64,000 nucleotides of DNA from Minisyncoccia bacterium (GTDB lineage: Bacteria; Patescibacteriota; Minisyncoccia; Phycocordibacterales; UBA9973), in the NCBI GenBank assembly GCA_038244685.1, contig JBBRTD010000003.1, forward strand, positions 3,944 through 67,943, read 5' to 3'. The position numbers and the translations under genes were made by a program. A model generated the notes under the pieces. The model saw only the letters and a list, made by a program, of their open reading frames with translations, was not told the origin of the DNA and did no database searches. Within the stretch, counting starts at the first letter, position 1; every line of letters starts with the position of its first letter. This document shows, in pieces, positions 59,944 through 64,000 of this stretch.

Positions 59944-60510
59944 ATGTACAATAATTACAAAAACAAACTGATTGATTTCTACAATAGAGATAAGCGCATG
60001 CCAACTTATTCTGAAATGATGAATCTATTTGGCTTCAAGTCAAAGAATGCTGTCGCTCGACTTGTGAATAAATTCATTGAGGAGGGAATAGTCACAAAAG
60101 ACTATCTCGGCCATCTTATTGCCGATATATCACTCAATTCTATTCCAATGTTAGGCAGTGTTAAAGCAGGCTTTCCATCTGATGTAGCAGAAGAATTAAC
60201 TGACACTATTAATATCGATGACTATCTAATAAATAAAAAGGAGAATTCTTACATGCTGACAGTCGATGGCGACTCCATGATAGATGCTCACATTGCCGAT
60301 GGTGATATGGTCCTAGTAGAGAAAACAAATCAAGCCAAAGACGGACAGATCGTCATCGCAAATGTTGACGGAGAGTTCACTATGAAATATTTTAAAAAAA
60401 GCGGGGACAAGGTCTGGCTAGAACCTGCCAATAAGAATTTCAAGCCTATACACCCTAAAATGTATCTTAATATTACTGCCGTCGTAAAAGCTGTCATTCG
60501 AAAATACTAA
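59944..60510 (+). CDS. lexA: LexA repressor (S24 peptidase)
   Basis: N-terminal winged helix (PTYSEMMNLFGFKSKNAVARLVNKFIEEGIV). VKAGFPS Ala-Gly cleavage site. GDSM catalytic Ser and downstream Lys. Confidence 0.8.
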   Translation: MYNNYKNKLIDFYNRDKRMPTYSEMMNLFGFKSKNAVARLVNKFIEEGIVTKDYLGHLIADISLNSIPMLGSVKAGFPSDVAEELTDTINIDDYLINKKENSYMLTVDGDSMIDAHIADGDMVLVEKTNQAKDGQIVIANVDGEFTMKYFKKSGDKVWLEPANKNFKPIHPKMYLNITAVVKAVIRKY

Positions 60511-60528
60511 TAATATTAAATATTTAAA

Positions 60529-60562
60529 GAAAAAAAACAGCCACACTTTTTGAGTGCGGCTG
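60529..60562 (-). terminator. Terminator of secretin gene (minus strand)
   Basis: On the minus transcript, cagccgcac/guguggcug stem (one G-U) followed by U8. Confidence 0.55.
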
Positions 60563-60583
60563 TATTCATTAATTTAACAAAAA

Positions 60584-61888
60584 CTATCCGATGATTCTTG
60601 TGGTTATGAAAACTACAAGTTCAGTTTCATTTTTGTATTTGTTATCAGCTCCGAAAGCATATTTGATAATTGGAATCTTTCTAAAGAAAGGAATCCCAGT
60701 TTTATCGTCTTTGCTTACTTTGTTGATGAGTCCACCAATAGCAACTGTTTCGCCATTTTGAACTTTTAAGATTGTGCTGGTCGAACGACGTGCAACGATA
60801 GGCAGCTTTTGAATACTGGTACCATTTTTAAATTCACGTTCTCCAACAATATCAGATACTTCAGGGTTAACATTTAAACGAAGACTGCCATCACGATTTA
60901 CGAACGGCTGAACATTCATTTTTATTCCCACTTGAACTTCTTTGGTAGTGAAGTAGCTATAAGCTGTACCACCACCTGAGAGTATAAGGAACATATGTTC
61001 TTCTGAAATATTTATCATACCTGCTTCACCTTCTTCTACTATTATTCTTGGCTCTGCTACCATATTTATTTTGGTATCATAACCGCTAGTCGAAAGAAGG
61101 GTACTTAAACCAGATGTCAGGCTTGCTGTAAAAGTGGAAGCTCCACCTTTTATAAGCTCACCGAGACCAATACCAGAAAGATTTATGTCACTCCATTGAG
61201 CACCGATATTCTTTCCTTTTTTCCATTCAACCATTACGAAACGAGCGGTGACTTCAATCTGCCTTTTAGGTTTATCGATAATAGAAATATCTTTTTCTAT
61301 ACGATATAACACATCAGGAGTCGCAGTAATTGTTAACACCTGACCATCAGACTTTATAAAAGGATGATAGTAAGGTGAGATTTGCGACATGATTTTATCA
61401 GCTCCACGATTTGTTTTAACCGTCTTTGTTACAGTTAATGCATCAAAGCTGGTATTTTCCGGTAAAGCACTTCCTACAAGGTAATAACTACCATTGGCTA
61501 TATATGTATATTTATATCCGTTAGGGTACAAAACCATAGCTAAGGCCGTTTCAAGAGGAACTTTTTCTAAAGAAAGTGAGATCGCACCACTGACAGTATT
61601 ATCAGGAATTATATTGATTCCAGCTAACGTAGAAAGATCCATTAAGACTGACCTTATGTCAGTTTCGACGTAAATATTACTTACAAGCACCTGCTTTGTG
61701 CCACTTAATGACACAATCGATTTGACATCGTAATTTTGCTTTGCGAGTGAATCCTCACCATTTTCAAGAGCATTTATCTCTTGGTTGGAAAGCATAGGTT
61801 TAGGAGTTGTTTGTATAGGCGTCCTAACTGTGGCACAACTTGCTACAAGTATGCCAATCAAAATGTACAAAAAACAAGATTTTTTCAT
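60584..61888 (-). CDS. Lipoprotein secretin (PilQ/GspD/RcpA-type outer-membrane channel family)
   Basis: Lipobox ILVASC. Secretin_N-like region. Secretin core RQIEVTARFVMVEW...GGLINKV...GIPFFRKIPIIKYAFG...ELVVFITTRII. Confidence 0.8.
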   Translation of the reverse strand: MKKSCFLYILIGILVASCATVRTPIQTTPKPMLSNQEINALENGEDSLAKQNYDVKSIVSLSGTKQVLVSNIYVETDIRSVLMDLSTLAGINIIPDNTVSGAISLSLEKVPLETALAMVLYPNGYKYTYIANGSYYLVGSALPENTSFDALTVTKTVKTNRGADKIMSQISPYYHPFIKSDGQVLTITATPDVLYRIEKDISIIDKPKRQIEVTARFVMVEWKKGKNIGAQWSDINLSGIGLGELIKGGASTFTASLTSGLSTLLSTSGYDTKINMVAEPRIIVEEGEAGMINISEEHMFLILSGGGTAYSYFTTKEVQVGIKMNVQPFVNRDGSLRLNVNPEVSDIVGEREFKNGTSIQKLPIVARRSTSTILKVQNGETVAIGGLINKVSKDDKTGIPFFRKIPIIKYAFGADNKYKNETELVVFITTRIIG

Positions 61889-61929
61889 TTCGGAAATTTT
61901 AAATTTTAAAAAATAGGATGATGATGAGT

Positions 61930-63081
61930 TTACTTTATTTTTGAAACAATTTTTAAATTAAGATCTTTTCCTCTGTCAGTTATGAAAGGGATAGACCCTT
62001 CTTTGATTTTTGAACCTTCGTAATTAGGGATTATTGTCACCCTTAGATTACGAGATTCGCCAGGCTTAAGTATTAAATCATTTGGAAGTACAGTAATCCA
62101 ATCATTTGATGTGACCTTTATTGCTAAGGGTCGATAATCAAGATTAGAAACAGTTACAACTTCTGACCTTCTACTGTTCGGAGGAATAACTAAAGTTAAT
62201 TCCTTGGTTTTAATTCCTAAAAATTCAGTCGTTTCTTCGTCGATAGGTATCAGCCGGTTTATAGAGAATTTCTCTGTTTTACGAGCTTTTTTAAAATCAT
62301 ACCCATAGTTGAAGGATGTCTCGACAAGATAGTCACCAGTCGGTAACTGCTTATTTAAAACTCCTTCAAAATCAAGTTTTGAACTATCAGGAAATACAAA
62401 ATAATTTCCAATTTCAGTTATTGAACTTCCTAACCCCTTAAGTTCACATTTACCAAAAACATTCCGACCGTCTGCACTTTTAATTACAGCTTCAGCGGTT
62501 ACATTTAGGTGAATGTTGCCAGTATTTTGAAAAGTCGAACTTATCTTTAAACGTTCGTCTGTTTCTAAAACTTTAACTTCAGGAATTTGTCCAGACTTTA
62601 CATAAGTCCGACCGGGAACATCAATTAACACTAAAACGCCAACAACTACACGCACATTCATTTCTCTGTTTTTGCCATAGTCGATGACTTCATCTTCTTT
62701 TGGCTCAACAAAAATTATTGAATAATACTCTCCAGGGACTGCATCCCTCGGAACAGAAATCGTGAATTTGACGGATTCTTTTTTACCATCAAAAACCGAA
62801 AGTTCTGTTCTACCAAAAGTAATCCACTCTACAGCTGAGTGAGCACTACCAATTTTCCTCTCAAATAAAAGCGCACCTTTTCTGTCCATCGATAGGTCAG
62901 ACGGTGAAATAACCAAATTTTGTTTAAAAGGACCCTTGCTCCCAATAATATTGAGATTGAAGGTTTCTTTTGATCCCTTTGCGAGAGTCAGATTGAATTT
63001 TACGGGAGATACTTTCGCCCCGTATACAAAAAAATGACTTACTACAAAGAAAGTCACCAAAATAAAAACAATTCTTTTCAT
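61930..63081 (-). CDS. Secreted/N-anchored all-beta protein, hypothetical (possible secretin-associated assembly protein)
   Basis: N-terminal hydrophobic segment. 383 aa. No motif. Directly 5' of the secretin in the same orientation. Confidence 0.4.
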   Translation of the reverse strand: MKRIVFILVTFFVVSHFFVYGAKVSPVKFNLTLAKGSKETFNLNIIGSKGPFKQNLVISPSDLSMDRKGALLFERKIGSAHSAVEWITFGRTELSVFDGKKESVKFTISVPRDAVPGEYYSIIFVEPKEDEVIDYGKNREMNVRVVVGVLVLIDVPGRTYVKSGQIPEVKVLETDERLKISSTFQNTGNIHLNVTAEAVIKSADGRNVFGKCELKGLGSSITEIGNYFVFPDSSKLDFEGVLNKQLPTGDYLVETSFNYGYDFKKARKTEKFSINRLIPIDEETTEFLGIKTKELTLVIPPNSRRSEVVTVSNLDYRPLAIKVTSNDWITVLPNDLILKPGESRNLRVTIIPNYEGSKIKEGSIPFITDRGKDLNLKIVSKIK

Positions 63082-63085
63082 GTCG

Positions 63086-63574
63086 TTAATTTAGGTTAAA
63101 CAATTTCACTTTTAATTTTGATGCATAAACTCCAGCATCATCAGAAAGGGAACCAATAGTTTTTGTCATAGCTTGAACCTTTAAATCGAGATAAAGAAAG
63201 TACGGCACTCCCTGCATTTTAGGAAATACGATTATTTCAAGAGACACCAGTTCTTCTGGCGTCTTATTCTCAAATATATATGGTTCAACAATTCCGGAAG
63301 AATAAATTTTTCCAGAATACAGTGTAGAGAGTTTGTCGTAAGAAATTAATCCGCGACCACTCTTTTGTTTCTCGTTTCTTTGAAATACCATTTCATCTGG
63401 TATGCCAAAGAATTTTACTTTTTTCGGTCCAAATAAATTTTGACCGATCAAAGCTCTAATTACACCTTCACTTTTTCCTCCAGGAGCGTTGACGTTAGTC
63501 AACTTAAGCTCTTGTTGGGAAAAGCACATAATAGGTATTAATAGAAATAAAAATAAAAAACTTTTTTTGCCCAT
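63086..63574 (-). CDS. Secreted small protein, hypothetical (PilP-sized)
   Basis: Signal peptide MGKKSFLFLFLLIPIMCFSQQ. 162 aa. Confidence 0.4.
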   Translation of the reverse strand: MGKKSFLFLFLLIPIMCFSQQELKLTNVNAPGGKSEGVIRALIGQNLFGPKKVKFFGIPDEMVFQRNEKQKSGRGLISYDKLSTLYSGKIYSSGIVEPYIFENKTPEELVSLEIIVFPKMQGVPYFLYLDLKVQAMTKTIGSLSDDAGVYASKLKVKLFNLN

Positions 63575-63660
63575 TTTTTAAGTTTTAATTTAATTTTCAA
63601 ATAATTTTACTTTGTCGTATTATACAATATTATATATAAAATGTCAATAGATACAACGAA

Positions 63661-63693
63661 AAAAGACACCTCGATAAATTGAGATGTCTTTTA
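63661..63693 (-). terminator. Terminator of partial minus-strand gene
   Basis: aagacaucuc/gaggugucuu stem (G-U wobble) followed by U6 on the minus transcript. Confidence 0.5.
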
Positions 63694-63709
63694 AGATTAC
63701 TTCAGAGCT

Positions 63710-64000
63710 TTATAGCTGAGAAGTTAAAACAATTTTCATCATGGCCTTATACTTTCCGGCATCAGCTGAGTTAATAGCTGTGTAAGCTGAGTTAATAGCG
63801 GTTTGACGAACTGGTACAACTGTACCACCACCTGCAGCAGCTGGTTCATTTTCTGTGTTTACCAGTGCTTTAACCTTAAGAAAGATTTGACCATTGTGAG
63901 GGGCTTCACTGTAAGTTTCGCTTAAAGGAAATTGTCCAGCGTAAACTTTTGTTGCTCCAACACTTGATACACCAAAGTAATCTGATACAGAATTGGCAAC
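63710..64000 (-). CDS. C-terminal 96 aa of a hypothetical protein (possible pilin/secreted subunit), 5' end beyond window
   Basis: Open frame to window edge. Gly/Ala-rich ...EPAAAGGGTVVPVRQTAINSAYTAINSADAG.... No Cys. Confidence 0.35.
   Translation of the reverse strand, partial: VANSVSDYFGVSSVGATKVYAGQFPLSETYSEAPHNGQIFLKVKALVNTENEPAAAGGGTVVPVRQTAINSAYTAINSADAGKYKAMMKIVLTSQL

Overview
This is a low-GC (about 32-33%), gene-dense bacterial window with short intergenic regions and many ATGA/overlapping gene junctions. It reads as standard genetic code: TGA is a stop at coupled junctions such as 1795-1797 and 13074-13076. The style suggests a small-genome candidate-phylum (CPR-like) bacterium, though lineage cannot be proven from sequence alone. 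Most genes are housekeeping. Aminoacyl-tRNA and translation genes: cysS, trpS, type-2 aspS, gltX, gatB, prfA, rplU, rplY, rpmE. Replication and repair: dnaB, recR, rarA, lexA, an AlkD-like alkylation repair enzyme, scpAB. Cell wall: a partial dcw cluster mraY-ftsW-(unknown)-murG, a coiled-coil M23 peptidase, and a coiled-coil MltB-like lytic transglycosylase. Central carbon: gap, fba, a pfkB-family kinase, rpiB-rpe-split tkt, dapF. A complete F1Fo ATP synthase operon lies directly downstream of a lone tRNA-Ile; there is also a tRNA-Leu. The most striking region is 36.1-48.1 kb. It holds a roughly 2960-codon surface-protein gene built from five blocks of Asp-box (S-x-D-x-G-x-T-W) propeller repeats alternating with eleven FN3-like domains. 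A single in-frame TGA, at a position that is a Gly codon in the repeat consensus, splits its signal peptide from the 2836-aa body. A 1019-aa subtilisin (S8) protease follows immediately. The two proteins share a C-terminal module: poly-Gly, a Cys-x-LFS-x-TG-x-Cys motif, and a PG_binding_1 peptidoglycan-binding domain. Other accessory regions: a four-gene candidate tailoring/biosynthetic cassette at 0.7-5.5 kb (E1/ThiF-like, Leu/Phe-dehydrogenase-like, PaaK-like adenylating enzyme, tandem nitroreductase); a lipoprotein secretin (PilQ/GspD-type) with two secreted partners and a possible pilin fragment at 60.6-64 kb; and a Cheo-type SOS box in front of a small-ORF-lexA operon. A recurring promoter pattern, TGnTATAAT placed 6-9 nt upstream of ATG, suggests many leaderless mRNAs. 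No CRISPR arrays, rRNA genes or obvious mobile elements were seen.
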